Both the position numbers and the translations under genes were made by a program. Shown here one piece after another: positions 45,918-54,448 of a stretch of DNA of 64,000 nucleotides (its first letter is position 1; each line of letters begins with the position of its first letter). The notes below the pieces were generated by a model. The model made no database searches. It worked only from the letters and a program-made list of their open reading frames with translations, and was not told the origin of the DNA. Location: positions 1 to 64,000 of the IMG/VR virus record IMGVR_UViG_3300025012_000027, one strand, 5' to 3'.

Positions 45918-46280
45918 CTATAGTTTATAGGAATTAGAAACCCGATCTTCCCAATCGGGGTCTAGGTTTCTAACTCCGGCGACCCAAGTTTCCATATAGA
46001 ACCGTTCTAGTTCGACATCAGCTACACTATCTTTGAAGTTAGGATAGTCAATCTTATCAATCGTGGCCATCATGCATTTCTGCAATTCTTCTTTGGATAC
46101 GGTGCAGCGAAAATGATAGTCGCTACGCGGAGTAGACACGATTGCTGGCGGCACACCGACCACGAGTGGTTTAATGAAGTTAATTACGTCAGTCAATCGA
46201 CGACCGCGAACCAGATACTGATCGGGATTTCGCGTATCCTCGACAATACTAACAAAACTATCGTTAAGACAAATCCACAT
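45918..46280 (-). CDS. Conserved hypothetical phage protein
   Basis: MWICLNDSFVSIV..LVRGR..DYHFR..IDYPNFKDSV. Confidence 0.7.
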   Translation of the reverse strand: MWICLNDSFVSIVEDTRNPDQYLVRGRRLTDVINFIKPLVVGVPPAIVSTPRSDYHFRCTVSKEELQKCMMATIDKIDYPNFKDSVADVELERFYMETWVAGVRNLDPDWEDRVSNSYKL

Positions 46281-46759
46281 TAAAGAATTTCCAGCGATGT
46301 GATGTTGTCAACGGAAATCGTCATAAACTTAACCGCTTCCTCGACGCCTTGATTGTTTGTCGAGGATGGTTTCTTTTTAGGCATCCATGGGTCGATCGTT
46401 GATTCTTCAATTGGCTCAGATTCAAACATGAACGACTTGCCTTGCGATTCTTTCAAGATGCAGCTAATGTACAGCTTGCCATTGTTGTCTACGACACCAT
46501 TCCCGAGATTCGTTCCCCAAGCACGAGCGCCGGCCTCGAAGGTCTTTTCTTTACCTTCAGTTTCGCGTTGATCGTTCACCGCCTTTTCATATTGTGGAGC
46601 GAGTTCGACAATCATTTTAGCAAGCTTTCGAGTGCCGATATACGGATTCTCGATCGTTTTGGTCTCGACGTCTTTCTTATTGAGTTTTACCTCGGTGTTT
46701 GTAGTGATAATAGCCAAGGTTGGCTTGGTCAATGCTTTTACTGTTTCAACGTAGTCCAT
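46280..46759 (-). CDS. Hypothetical protein
   Basis: AGGA SD and promoter at 46782. Confidence 0.7.
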   Translation of the reverse strand: MDYVETVKALTKPTLAIITTNTEVKLNKKDVETKTIENPYIGTRKLAKMIVELAPQYEKAVNDQRETEGKEKTFEAGARAWGTNLGNGVVDNNGKLYISCILKESQGKSFMFESEPIEESTIDPWMPKKKPSSTNNQGVEEAVKFMTISVDNITSLEIL

Positions 46760-46781
46760 GATGTAGTTCCTTTAAAAATGT

Positions 46782-46791
46782 ATTATAACAC
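46782..46791 (-). promoter_or_regulatory. Extended -10 early promoter GTGTTATAAT
   Basis: attataacac on + strand; same 10-mer at 47441, 51198, 52382, 54068. Confidence 0.7.
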
Positions 46792-46793
46792 AC

Positions 46794-47276
46794 TCAAACT
46801 CGATTTGCGTATTTTGCTTGCAGTCGAGTGAGTTCTCGCAATTCTCTCTTCTCAGTCTCGGCTTTTTTGAGTGCTGCATGAGCGAGCCGCTTGTCTTCCT
46901 CGTATTTGCGAGCAGCTTCTAGTGCGAGTCGTTCAGCTTCCTTTTTATCAGCTCGCAACTGTCGCAATTTTTCATGAGCAATCTCAAGGATATGGCCGCG
47001 TAGAGTTTTAATCTCTTCCCACCTCTCAACGGCAATGTCTGAATGCCCGTCAAATTCATTCAATCCATCAATCAAAATCGTGTGTTGGAAAGAATGATAC
47101 TCGTCCGGTGTTGTTAAGCACTCTTCAGCAAACAGCATACGAGCCAGCTCGGTAGCAATATCATTGCTGGTAAAGAACACTTCAATATAATACTCAGATT
47201 CGGTTGAGCTCTCACGTTCTTGGTGATACCAGATCTCACGTTCTGGCCTGTATGAAATGAGTGTGTATGTAGTCAT
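46794..47276 (-). CDS. Hypothetical protein with C-terminal coiled coil
   Basis: GGAG SD before ATG 47276; E/K/R-rich tail. Confidence 0.65.
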   Translation of the reverse strand: MTTYTLISYRPEREIWYHQERESSTESEYYIEVFFTSNDIATELARMLFAEECLTTPDEYHSFQHTILIDGLNEFDGHSDIAVERWEEIKTLRGHILEIAHEKLRQLRADKKEAERLALEAARKYEEDKRLAHAALKKAETEKRELRELTRLQAKYANRV

Positions 47277-47278
47277 AA

Positions 47279-47434
47279 TTAACTCCGTTGTTGTTTGCCG
47301 GTTCCACCACATGCCGAGCATTTCGGACTATTTTTAATATCGTAATAACCAGACCCACCGCACGCAGTACACGGACGTTCTTTAATCGATTTAGATTCTC
47401 TCAAAGATTTACGAATTAGTTTGTTGTGCTTCAT
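47279..47434 (-). CDS. 51-aa DnaJ-type zinc-finger protein (not in ORF track)
   Basis: MKHNKLIRKSLRESKSIKERPCTACGGSGYYDIKNSPKCSACGGTGKQQRS*; two CxxCxGxG motifs. Confidence 0.7.
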   Translation of the reverse strand: MKHNKLIRKSLRESKSIKERPCTACGGSGYYDIKNSPKCSACGGTGKQQRS

Positions 47435-47440
47435 ATTGAC

Positions 47441-47450
47441 ATTATAACAC
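47441..47450 (-). promoter_or_regulatory. Extended -10 early promoter GTGTTATAAT
   Basis: -10 ends 6 nt before ATG 47434 (leaderless geometry). Confidence 0.7.
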
Positions 47451-47461
47451 AGATTCGGTGA

Positions 47462-47797
47462 TCAAGAATAGTCTAGTGTCAAGAAGTCAGTCTCTTCCGG
47501 CATAACTTCAATAGTTACTGTGTCAGCCCCCTCCTCGATCATTTGTTGTAGCACAGACCACGCATACGATGATGATCCATACATACCATCAACACAATCA
47601 TATACGGATCCACTATGTCCAGTGAAGATGTATACTCCGTCAACTATTTCACATGACGTTATCCCGGAATTCAGCTTCCAAGAATCGCTGCCAGCAAACC
47701 CACCATACCAAGATCCAAACACTCGGTAATGTGTTCCTGCGTGGCTAGTTAGTTTAACAACCAACCACTTGTCTGGGTTATACGTCGTCATTATCAT
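47462..47797 (-). CDS. Conserved hypothetical phage protein
   Basis: YNPDKWLVV..WYGGFAGSDSWKLNSGIT..GHSGSVYDC. Confidence 0.75.
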   Translation of the reverse strand: MIMTTYNPDKWLVVKLTSHAGTHYRVFGSWYGGFAGSDSWKLNSGITSCEIVDGVYIFTGHSGSVYDCVDGMYGSSSYAWSVLQQMIEEGADTVTIEVMPEETDFLTLDYS

Positions 47798-48071
47798 TCC
47801 ATTCAGTGAAAAATGTTCGTTGTTTTAGATCGATGTCCCAGTCAGCGCAATAAGCATTATCGGCGTCGCACATTTGCATGGATTCGTCAAACTCAATCAC
47901 TCGATGAGATACAATCTGTTCGCCTAAGTATTCTTGACTAAACTCCTTTGCTTCATTCATAGTCACTGTATCTAGTGCGTAATAGTCTTTGCCTACAGGC
48001 ACCTCGACCATATATCGAGTCCTGAATGTATTGATGCATTCCACCAATACCAATTCTGTTTCATTCTGCAT
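47778..48071 (-). CDS. Hypothetical protein
   Basis: LVECINTFRTRYMV..EFSQEYLGE; overlapping chain of ORFs. Confidence 0.7.
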   Translation of the reverse strand: MQNETELVLVECINTFRTRYMVEVPVGKDYYALDTVTMNEAKEFSQEYLGEQIVSHRVIEFDESMQMCDADNAYCADWDIDLKQRTFFTEWNDNDDV

Positions 48072-48327
48072 AAAATTTCTCCAAATCTTCTTTCAATCTA
48101 TGATGGAATGTTTCTTCACCATCATCGCCAGAAACAAGCCAATCTATCCGTTGTAGATATATGGCGGCTGTTCGCAACAACACCAATCCTTTCTTAAACT
48201 CGATGATCGTATCATCCGAATATCGATAGTCTTTTTCTACAGTCTCATTAGCCTCAATCAATGCTGATAGCGATTCTGCTTCTTGATCGCAACGATATTG
48301 TACATAATCAAAGTGTCCGCCGCTCAT
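48061..48327 (-). CDS. Conserved hypothetical phage protein
   Basis: MSGGHFDY..RIDWLVSGDDGEE. Confidence 0.75.
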   Translation of the reverse strand: MSGGHFDYVQYRCDQEAESLSALIEANETVEKDYRYSDDTIIEFKKGLVLLRTAAIYLQRIDWLVSGDDGEETFHHRLKEDLEKFYAE

Positions 48328-49178
48328 TTCAGTGCCTCCTCGAGTAATTGGATAGCAGTATCTTCTAGCTCACCCGGCTCATGTGGTCCACACCATTTCA
48401 GGGCATCGAGCCCAAGCATCGCAGCAGTTTGCAATGCGTTGTAGCGGTTTCCAAGCTCATCAGGCGTCATATTGAGATGCCCAAACACCGCTGTATAGCT
48501 GCCCTTTTCGACAGCCGACCCCATTACTTGCCTGTAATGGCTAAATTTATCTCTAGCCATTTTTCGTGCAGTCTCTTCTATAATACGTTCTTCTGGATGC
48601 TCAGGTTGATGGGTATATAGTCGATGATTGATCCCGGGTGCCCCGCCATGTCCGTTTTTGCACACCATCCCAGAGGGCGTCCAGCGTTGCCAGTCACCAC
48701 ACACCGAGCAGGTGCATCCAATGGCATTAGCTGGCTGTGCCGGTGCTGCAGATAGCATAGCATTGTAGATTAGATCAAATGGCACCGACTTCACGTACCC
48801 AGCGTCTGACCACACCTTTTGCGCAGCAGCATACATTTCTTTGGTAGGCTGCGCTGTTGATGGTGCACTACAGAAAACACACTCACACAAATCATCACCA
48901 TCAGAAAGGGTACGCACAAACTCGATGGATTTCAAATCTCCAACTACCCCTGCTGTTACTGCTGCTTTGTAATACTCTTTTGCACGGTCTACTTCAACCC
49001 GCTTATCTACTTCAATCCAGTCGGGAGGCTCAATCCGTTCAGCCTGCTCGATGGCTTGGTGCAGGGCTGTGATAGCTGCTTCACCTTTTCTGATGGCACC
49101 ATCTCTGTCTAATGGGTACTTGTGTTGCACATTGCATTCCAGCGCCTCAAGCGCCTGTTTCATTGCGGTGATGATCAT
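48324..49178 (-). CDS. Mosaic hypothetical protein
   Basis: AMKQALEALE, ITALHQAIEQAE, YNAMLSAAP modules. Confidence 0.6.
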   Translation of the reverse strand: MIITAMKQALEALECNVQHKYPLDRDGAIRKGEAAITALHQAIEQAERIEPPDWIEVDKRVEVDRAKEYYKAAVTAGVVGDLKSIEFVRTLSDGDDLCECVFCSAPSTAQPTKEMYAAAQKVWSDAGYVKSVPFDLIYNAMLSAAPAQPANAIGCTCSVCGDWQRWTPSGMVCKNGHGGAPGINHRLYTHQPEHPEERIIEETARKMARDKFSHYRQVMGSAVEKGSYTAVFGHLNMTPDELGNRYNALQTAAMLGLDALKWCGPHEPGELEDTAIQLLEEALK

Positions 49179-49492
49179 TTCATTTCTCCCAAGAGAACGT
49201 ATTTACTGATATCCTGTTCGCCGGTTTCAATATGCTCAAGGTTGCCGTTTCGTCCGGTCTTAAACATTCCCATTGGCAAGTACCGCCTCGGGAACTCCCC
49301 GTGCCACTCACCCAGGTTTGTCGGTGTTCCGTCGACGTAATGTGTTGGGGCATCAGCACTGCACAATTTCTTCCCCCTGCGGTCCTCAAAGCCATTCCAA
49401 TCAAAGAAGCGTTCTGCGTAGCCGTCGCAACCTTGAAACGCGAGGGCGGTGTTTTCGCAACACCCACACACCTGACACTGAAATAAGCTCAT
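49175..49492 (-). CDS. Cys-containing hypothetical protein
   Basis: MSLFQCQVCGCCENTA..LCS..GEWHGEF. Confidence 0.65.
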   Translation of the reverse strand: MSLFQCQVCGCCENTALAFQGCDGYAERFFDWNGFEDRRGKKLCSADAPTHYVDGTPTNLGEWHGEFPRRYLPMGMFKTGRNGNLEHIETGEQDISKYVLLGEMK

Positions 49493-49587
49493 TAAGACCT
49501 CCAGTCAATATATCCAAGCAACGTGCCCGCAAGCAGTATGCAAACAATTACTAATCCTGCAATTCCAAACATATCAGCGAGGTTCAT
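49492..49587 (-). CDS. 31-aa single-TM peptide (not in ORF track)
   Basis: MNLADMFGIAGLVIVCILLAGTLLGYIDWRS*, coupled to both neighbours. Confidence 0.5.
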   Translation of the reverse strand: MNLADMFGIAGLVIVCILLAGTLLGYIDWRS

Positions 49588-49808
49588 TTCATTTCTCCTG
49601 TCGTATGGGAGCTTTGCTTCGTAACATTGCAAACGATTATCCAGTCTATATCGGGTGCGTTGGTTTTTGCTAGTTCAAGCTGTATTAGAGCATCGTACAA
49701 ATCATCGCAGTCTTTACCGAACGACTCGTGGCCCATGCCACCTTCTTCATTCCAAAATGCCTGGACACTAAATGTAACGATGTGTGAAACCGTTATACGT
49801 ATTTTCAT
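49584..49808 (-). CDS. Hypothetical protein
   Basis: GGAG SD; ATGA coupling. Confidence 0.6.
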   Translation of the reverse strand: MKIRITVSHIVTFSVQAFWNEEGGMGHESFGKDCDDLYDALIQLELAKTNAPDIDWIIVCNVTKQSSHTTGEMK

Positions 49809-50308
49809 TTCGTTTCTCCTTTGATGCCGTGGGCGGCTTCTGCGGCTTTTACGCCAAGGTTGAATGCAGTAAGGTGATGATGTGCCCCGATAGCGTCCAT
49901 CCGAAAGTCACGGTTGTTTTCGGCAAGCTCTATCAGTGGAAGGTCTTTTGGGTACAGTTTTCCAAACTCTGATTTGATCTTCTCATCTGTCAGTGGCTGC
50001 TGCGCCTGTGCTGTTGGTGGGTGGGTGTAAAGCGGTGTTTCTTCCCAGCAGGCAGGGTCAAGATAGTTCCCTGTTTTTCGCTTGTCTGAAATCTCTTGGA
50101 AGAATCCTCCCGGTGTCCCGGCTTCATATAGCCACCGCACAGGTTCTACCTTCTCAGCCTGCTCGATGGCTTGGCGCAGTTCACGGATTTCGTCCAGCAT
50201 ACAGAGTACAGTCGGGGATGTTTTACATGGCCCTACACCGAACGCCAGTTCGTTTCCTGTGTACTCCATGTCACGTATCCGCTCTCGCCATGTCTTGCAT
50301 TGCTTCAT
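49805..50308 (-). CDS. Mosaic hypothetical protein
   Basis: AGGA SD before ATG 50308; LRQAIEQAEKVEPV, PLYTHPP, AAEAAHGIKGE modules. Confidence 0.6.
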   Translation of the reverse strand: MKQCKTWRERIRDMEYTGNELAFGVGPCKTSPTVLCMLDEIRELRQAIEQAEKVEPVRWLYEAGTPGGFFQEISDKRKTGNYLDPACWEETPLYTHPPTAQAQQPLTDEKIKSEFGKLYPKDLPLIELAENNRDFRMDAIGAHHHLTAFNLGVKAAEAAHGIKGETK

Positions 50309-51027
50309 GATTGTTTCCTTGTTAGTACTGCGCGGACGATAGTTTCTGTTTGCGAGCCGGGAGCCGCCCACTCCGTCACCTTTTCCAGCGCATCCCGCAG
50401 CACCTCGTTTTCTGTTTCCGCGTTCATCGCCCGTATAACTTGGTCGGCATAGTCTGCCTCAAGCTCCGCAATCTCAGCCTGAAGCACCTCGTTTTCTGCT
50501 GCCAGCTTGTCGCGATCTTCGTAGGGATTAGGCAGCGGTGAAAACACGCCGTCCGAATATGCTTTGGTGATAGCGCGGATCGGCGGGTAATGGGCAATGC
50601 AGCTCAGCGCCTCTTTTGGCGTCATGTGTGGCTTTGATGCATGGTGCACTGCCCAACGTTCCACAAATATAAGCTCAGCCTTGAGCGCATCACACTCCTG
50701 CACCATACCTTCAGGCACTGGCTGCGCTCCTGCTGCGAGATAGAGTCCCGCATTTACGAACCCGTGGGCCTTTTGGCTTGAGGAAAGCTTTTGACTAAAG
50801 CTGAGGCTTTTTACCTCTGGTTTCTTTCTTGCGTAGCTTACCCAAGCCACAGGCTCTTGCTTTTTGTATAGTGCAACCTCTACCAATGCTGCATCGCGCT
50901 CCTGCACCAGTGCTTCGATAGCGGCTTGCAGGGCTGCCCCCCGCTGATCCTCGTCATCCCAAGGCGTAACGGCGCATAGGCGTTTCGCAAGCGCCATGAT
51001 CTGTTCTGTTCTCATTTCATTACTCAT
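50305..51027 (-). CDS. Mosaic hypothetical protein
   Basis: QEPVAW, LYLAAGAQPVPEG, repeated ENEVL. Confidence 0.6.
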   Translation of the reverse strand: MSNEMRTEQIMALAKRLCAVTPWDDEDQRGAALQAAIEALVQERDAALVEVALYKKQEPVAWVSYARKKPEVKSLSFSQKLSSSQKAHGFVNAGLYLAAGAQPVPEGMVQECDALKAELIFVERWAVHHASKPHMTPKEALSCIAHYPPIRAITKAYSDGVFSPLPNPYEDRDKLAAENEVLQAEIAELEADYADQVIRAMNAETENEVLRDALEKVTEWAAPGSQTETIVRAVLTRKQS

Positions 51028-51172
51028 GCTTGCTCCTTTGTACGGTTAAGCCAGTCACTGTGACTTGACCTTGCACCAGTGATTCAACAGCGGATTGCAG
51101 GTCAAATCTATCTGCTTTTGAGTGGTGGCTGGCATAGCTATCAGCCAGCGTCATGATCCGTTCTACATTCAT
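51020..51172 (-). CDS. 50-aa ORF paralogous to the N-terminus of 50305..51027 (not in ORF track)
   Basis: MNVERIMTLAD..DLQSAVESLVQ vs MRTEQIMALAK..ALQAAIEALVQ. Confidence 0.45.
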   Translation of the reverse strand: MNVERIMTLADSYASHHSKADRFDLQSAVESLVQGQVTVTGLTVQRSKHE

Positions 51173-51179
51173 TTTAAGG

Positions 51180-51207
51180 TCTCTTGTTGATATGGTTATT
51201 ATAACAC
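51180..51207 (-). promoter_or_regulatory. Early promoter/leader element, near-duplicate of 52365-52391
   Basis: tctcttgttgatatg(g)ttattataacac shared by both sites. Confidence 0.75.
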
Positions 51208-51220
51208 GAATCTATTATCT

Positions 51221-52165
51221 TTAGAATTTATTTTCATCTTGTAATTGAGGGGCATGCACAATTGCAATCCCTCGACCAATGCTGGGACGTGCCAATGTAG
51301 GGTGGCTTCGCATCCATTGTTGAACGAAATGCAATTGACCGCATCCGCCCCCGATATCATCTTGCCCGGCTGGGTCGAAGCAACGAGTTGAGTATCCTAG
51401 AGCACCTAGTTTCTCCATGAAATCTACCGCTAGTTTGCGTTGACGAGCATTTGAAGCCGAGATTGATTCGTCGCGTTCACAGATCACGCTGATAGTTGCT
51501 TGCCAGATGCTAGGATCGAACATGGAATAGATGTTGGACGCATCCCAGTCGGATGTATTCGTATCATGTGCGCAATAATTGAAGAACGGCTGACGTCCGG
51601 TGGCAGCAAACCACTTCTCTCCCTCGGAAGCGATCTGTGCTAGAGTCAACTTTGCTTTGAATGGAATCAACTTGTTACGAGCGTCGTCATTGCTTTCATG
51701 TACAGAGAACTGAAGACCGACGGTGGGAATTTCAACTGATAAATCTCGAACCCGTTTATAGTCTACATCTGGAGCGCTGGTGCTAATCAGTTGCGAAAAT
51801 CGTGGATACATAACATACAGCTTGCGAATAGCATCACTGAGACCTTTGAAGTTCAGTAGTGGTTCACCCATTGACATAAACATTATTTGGCACTTCTGTA
51901 CTTTTTCCGGATCAATTCCTCGATCAGAAAACAAGTATTGAACTTGGGCGACGATCTCGTCGCCGGTCAATGATCGCACAAATGCATCGCCTGCACCACA
52001 GAACCTACATCCAACTGGGCATCCGCTTTGAGTGCTGCAGCAAATCACCGTGCGATCTTCGTATGTCGGATATTTATAGAGTACAGCTTCGGCGACGGCA
52101 TTGCCAAAGTCGAAGACATATTTGCTGACGTTATCGTCAGTCGAATCAATACGGTTAACTTTCAT
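51221..52165 (-). CDS. RlmN/Cfr-family radical SAM enzyme (N-terminally short)
   Basis: ICCSTQSGCPVGCRFC, MSMGEPLLN, FSVHE, DIGGGCGQL. Confidence 0.85.
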   Translation of the reverse strand: MKVNRIDSTDDNVSKYVFDFGNAVAEAVLYKYPTYEDRTVICCSTQSGCPVGCRFCGAGDAFVRSLTGDEIVAQVQYLFSDRGIDPEKVQKCQIMFMSMGEPLLNFKGLSDAIRKLYVMYPRFSQLISTSAPDVDYKRVRDLSVEIPTVGLQFSVHESNDDARNKLIPFKAKLTLAQIASEGEKWFAATGRQPFFNYCAHDTNTSDWDASNIYSMFDPSIWQATISVICERDESISASNARQRKLAVDFMEKLGALGYSTRCFDPAGQDDIGGGCGQLHFVQQWMRSHPTLARPSIGRGIAIVHAPQLQDENKF

Positions 52166-52167
52166 TC

Positions 52168-52359
52168 CTATTCCTCAACCAATTCAAATTCGTTTGCTGG
52201 CCAAAACCCAATGCCTTTCGGGCATTGAATCTGGATGAACTGTCGTTCTTCGAGACCGGCAACGCCGGCAACTGGCGGCTTGACGTCTAGCACAACGAAC
52301 TCGCCTTTTGGTGTGTTGTCGATCCGTTTCACGATGTCGTTAACTTTAAATTCGGTCAT
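52168..52359 (-). CDS. Small hypothetical protein (SH3/KOW-like)
   Basis: FKVNDIVK..FWPANEFELV. Confidence 0.65.
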   Translation of the reverse strand: MTEFKVNDIVKRIDNTPKGEFVVLDVKPPVAGVAGLEERQFIQIQCPKGIGFWPANEFELVEE

Positions 52360-52364
52360 ATGAT

Positions 52365-52391
52365 TCTCTTGTTGATATGTTATTATAACAC
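52365..52391 (-). promoter_or_regulatory. Early promoter/leader element
   Basis: GTGTTATAAT followed by the leader shared with 51180-51207. Confidence 0.75.
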
Positions 52392-52396
52392 ATAAT

Positions 52397-52786
52397 TCAC
52401 GTTGCTAGCTTCTCAAATGAATATTTTGTGGGCGCGCTAACCCCATAGTATTGGACAACGCTATTCGTCCGAATAAAATCGATAATCATCTGACCTAGCA
52501 ACCGCTCATCTTCGATTGACATATCGAGACACGGTTCGTCTGCACAAATTTCGTCTTGCATTCTACAATCCAGCATCTCCATGACATCTTCCCCAATCAA
52601 CGGCGAAATCGTGTCGATTGGGTGGACGCATTGCGCGATCCAATATTCACTTAGTTGTCCAGGTAAACAATCTTCGTATAATTGTTCATGCGCGGCAAGA
52701 CGAGCATCTTTCTCGGTATCAAATTTGCCAGAATAAGATTCTTCATCTACACTAAAACACCATTTTCCAATTACGTCATTCATCAT
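52397..52786 (-). CDS. Acidic hypothetical protein
   Basis: WCFSVDEESYSGKFDTEKDA. Confidence 0.65.
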   Translation of the reverse strand: MMNDVIGKWCFSVDEESYSGKFDTEKDARLAAHEQLYEDCLPGQLSEYWIAQCVHPIDTISPLIGEDVMEMLDCRMQDEICADEPCLDMSIEDERLLGQMIIDFIRTNSVVQYYGVSAPTKYSFEKLAT

Positions 52787-53054
52787 TATTCCTCGTTAAA
52801 CATTCAAACACTCTAGAAGCATACATAGCAAACGCTGCATCTTTTGCAGACTCAACTGAGCTGTATGCACTCACATTCAGGTAATCGTGCCCAGGACATT
52901 CGTCAATGGTTGGCCAGTCGTTATCTTTCCAACCTTTCCACGTAATGAGGATACGACCAAACGCTGTCATTGCAAAAGTATGATCGTATGGTATATCTGA
53001 GTTTGATTTTGATATAGGTGACCATACGAGCGGTTTGACGGCGATCTTGTTCAT
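52776..53054 (-). CDS. Hypothetical protein
   Basis: Coupled ORF in early block. Confidence 0.6.
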   Translation of the reverse strand: MNKIAVKPLVWSPISKSNSDIPYDHTFAMTAFGRILITWKGWKDNDWPTIDECPGHDYLNVSAYSSVESAKDAAFAMYASRVFECLTRNNDE

Positions 53055-53254
53055 TGTGTGTCCCTGTCCGCTTTCAATTTGTTCAGCCGCGCAAGGGCTG
53101 TATTACGAGCATAATCGATGGTAAACCTACTGTGACAGAACCCAAATGATAACATTCTAACAAGTCCATCAGCGATTTGACACATACCGAACCCCATGCA
53201 ATTTAGCCTACCAGCAGGGTTTCTATTGCGTTCAAAGTTTTTAAGAAAGTTCAT
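53051..53254 (-). CDS. Hypothetical protein
   Basis: GGAGG SD before ATG 53254 (MNFLKNF). Confidence 0.55.
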   Translation of the reverse strand: MNFLKNFERNRNPAGRLNCMGFGMCQIADGLVRMLSFGFCHSRFTIDYARNTALARLNKLKADRDTQ

Positions 53255-53600
53255 CTGGTACCTCCACTTCGTCGCCCAACTTGCTGACAACGTAGCAGCG
53301 CATTGCCGCAACAAGGCGAGTAGAACCATACTGCTGAAAATATATCTCTGGATGCTCATGATCCGGGACTATCACAGCCTTGAATCCAAGGTCTGTAGCT
53401 GTGTTGAAGGTGTCGATGTCTGCGCTATCAATGATCGGCCCGCCTTGCGCCCAGTCGAATGAGTAGCTCAACTCGTCCCAGTTTAAATTGAACGCTTCAA
53501 CAGCCAAATACCCAGGATTCACCCCAGAAGCAGATACTTCACATTTCGTGACCAGCCAGTCAAGCTGGATGTTTGTGGCTTCACTTGTTTTGATTTTCAT
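53241..53600 (-). CDS. NinX/DUF2591-family phage protein
   Basis: KTSE...LDWLV, DWAQGGPII, GSTRLVAAMRCYVVSKLGDEVEVP. Confidence 0.8.
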   Translation of the reverse strand: MKIKTSEATNIQLDWLVTKCEVSASGVNPGYLAVEAFNLNWDELSYSFDWAQGGPIIDSADIDTFNTATDLGFKAVIVPDHEHPEIYFQQYGSTRLVAAMRCYVVSKLGDEVEVPDELS

Positions 53601-53775
53601 ATGCTTCTCGCAATTGAGCGTAGTTTCTCATGACAAATGTATATTCTTCAGACGTTAAGCCAGACGCCCATTGGGCTTGTCGATCAAACATATTCCACCG
53701 ACCAGAATCGCGAACCGTTTCGTACCGAACGTACCATTGAAGATGCCATCGACGTTGCTCATTAGTATATTCCAT
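53581..53775 (-). CDS. Hypothetical protein
   Basis: YETVRDSGRWNMFD..FVMRNYAQL. Confidence 0.6.
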   Translation of the reverse strand: MEYTNEQRRWHLQWYVRYETVRDSGRWNMFDRQAQWASGLTSEEYTFVMRNYAQLREAYENQNK

Positions 53776-53779
53776 ATAG

Positions 53780-54043
53780 TTACCTATCGGTTGTTTTCCA
53801 AATTCCACGTTCTAATTTGCGAACGCTTACATTTGGCACGCGTCCACATCGTCCAGGTTTGCGATACAGATACCCACATTTGATTTGATCGATGCAGCCT
53901 TCAGGTGTCTTGATCGTGATATATTTGTTACCATCATACCACAAAACCTTGACTCGTCGAATCGGAGCTTTCTTGCCAGGCAGGTCGCCTAATGCAATGA
54001 TTGGGTAATCTGTCCACCCAGTAATATTAGAACATCGCTTCAT
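53780..54043 (-). CDS. Hypothetical protein
   Basis: WTDYPIIALGD..APIR..YDGNKY..IKCGYLY; AAGGA SD. Confidence 0.7.
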   Translation of the reverse strand: MKRCSNITGWTDYPIIALGDLPGKKAPIRRVKVLWYDGNKYITIKTPEGCIDQIKCGYLYRKPGRCGRVPNVSVRKLERGIWKTTDR

Positions 54044-54067
54044 GTAGAATCCTTAACATATGGTCAG

Positions 54068-54095
54068 ATTATAACACATCTTTTCACCCAGTCAA
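54068..54095 (-). promoter_or_regulatory. Full sigma70-type early promoter heading the early block
   Basis: TTGACT-N16-TATAAT with GTGT extension. Confidence 0.85.
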
Positions 54096-54138
54096 CCAAC
54101 CGTTGTTAAATATAAACAGTGACCAAGGAGAAACCACT

Positions 54139-54396
54139 ATGCCAATTTATGATTACAAATGTAAAGCATGCGACCACGAGTTTGAAAAGAACGTAAAGAT
54201 CGCGAATATGACCGACCCACAAGAATGTCCCGAGTGTAAAGGGGAGACGGAACGAGTCATCCGCGGTGCGCCGAGTATGGGAGATCCAGTTAGATTGGGG
54301 TTGATTCGCCCCGATAATGGATTCAGAGACGTTCTCAGAAAAATCCATGCAACGACTCCTGGATCGTGCCTAAACAATAATTCTAGTTACATTTAG
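54139..54396 (+). CDS. FmdB-family zinc-ribbon protein
   Basis: MPIYDYKCKACDHEFE..CPECKG; AGGAG SD; TAAATA 54107. Confidence 0.85.
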   Translation: MPIYDYKCKACDHEFEKNVKIANMTDPQECPECKGETERVIRGAPSMGDPVRLGLIRPDNGFRDVLRKIHATTPGSCLNNNSSYI

Positions 54397-54411
54397 AGTT
54401 TTCAATCGTAG

Positions 54412-54435
54412 AAAAAGGGACCTAGGTCCCTTTTT
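54412..54435. terminator. Bidirectional intrinsic terminator
   Basis: aaaaa-gggacctaggtccc-ttttt between convergent genes. Confidence 0.9.
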
Positions 54436-54448
54436 GTCATTCGTTGGC

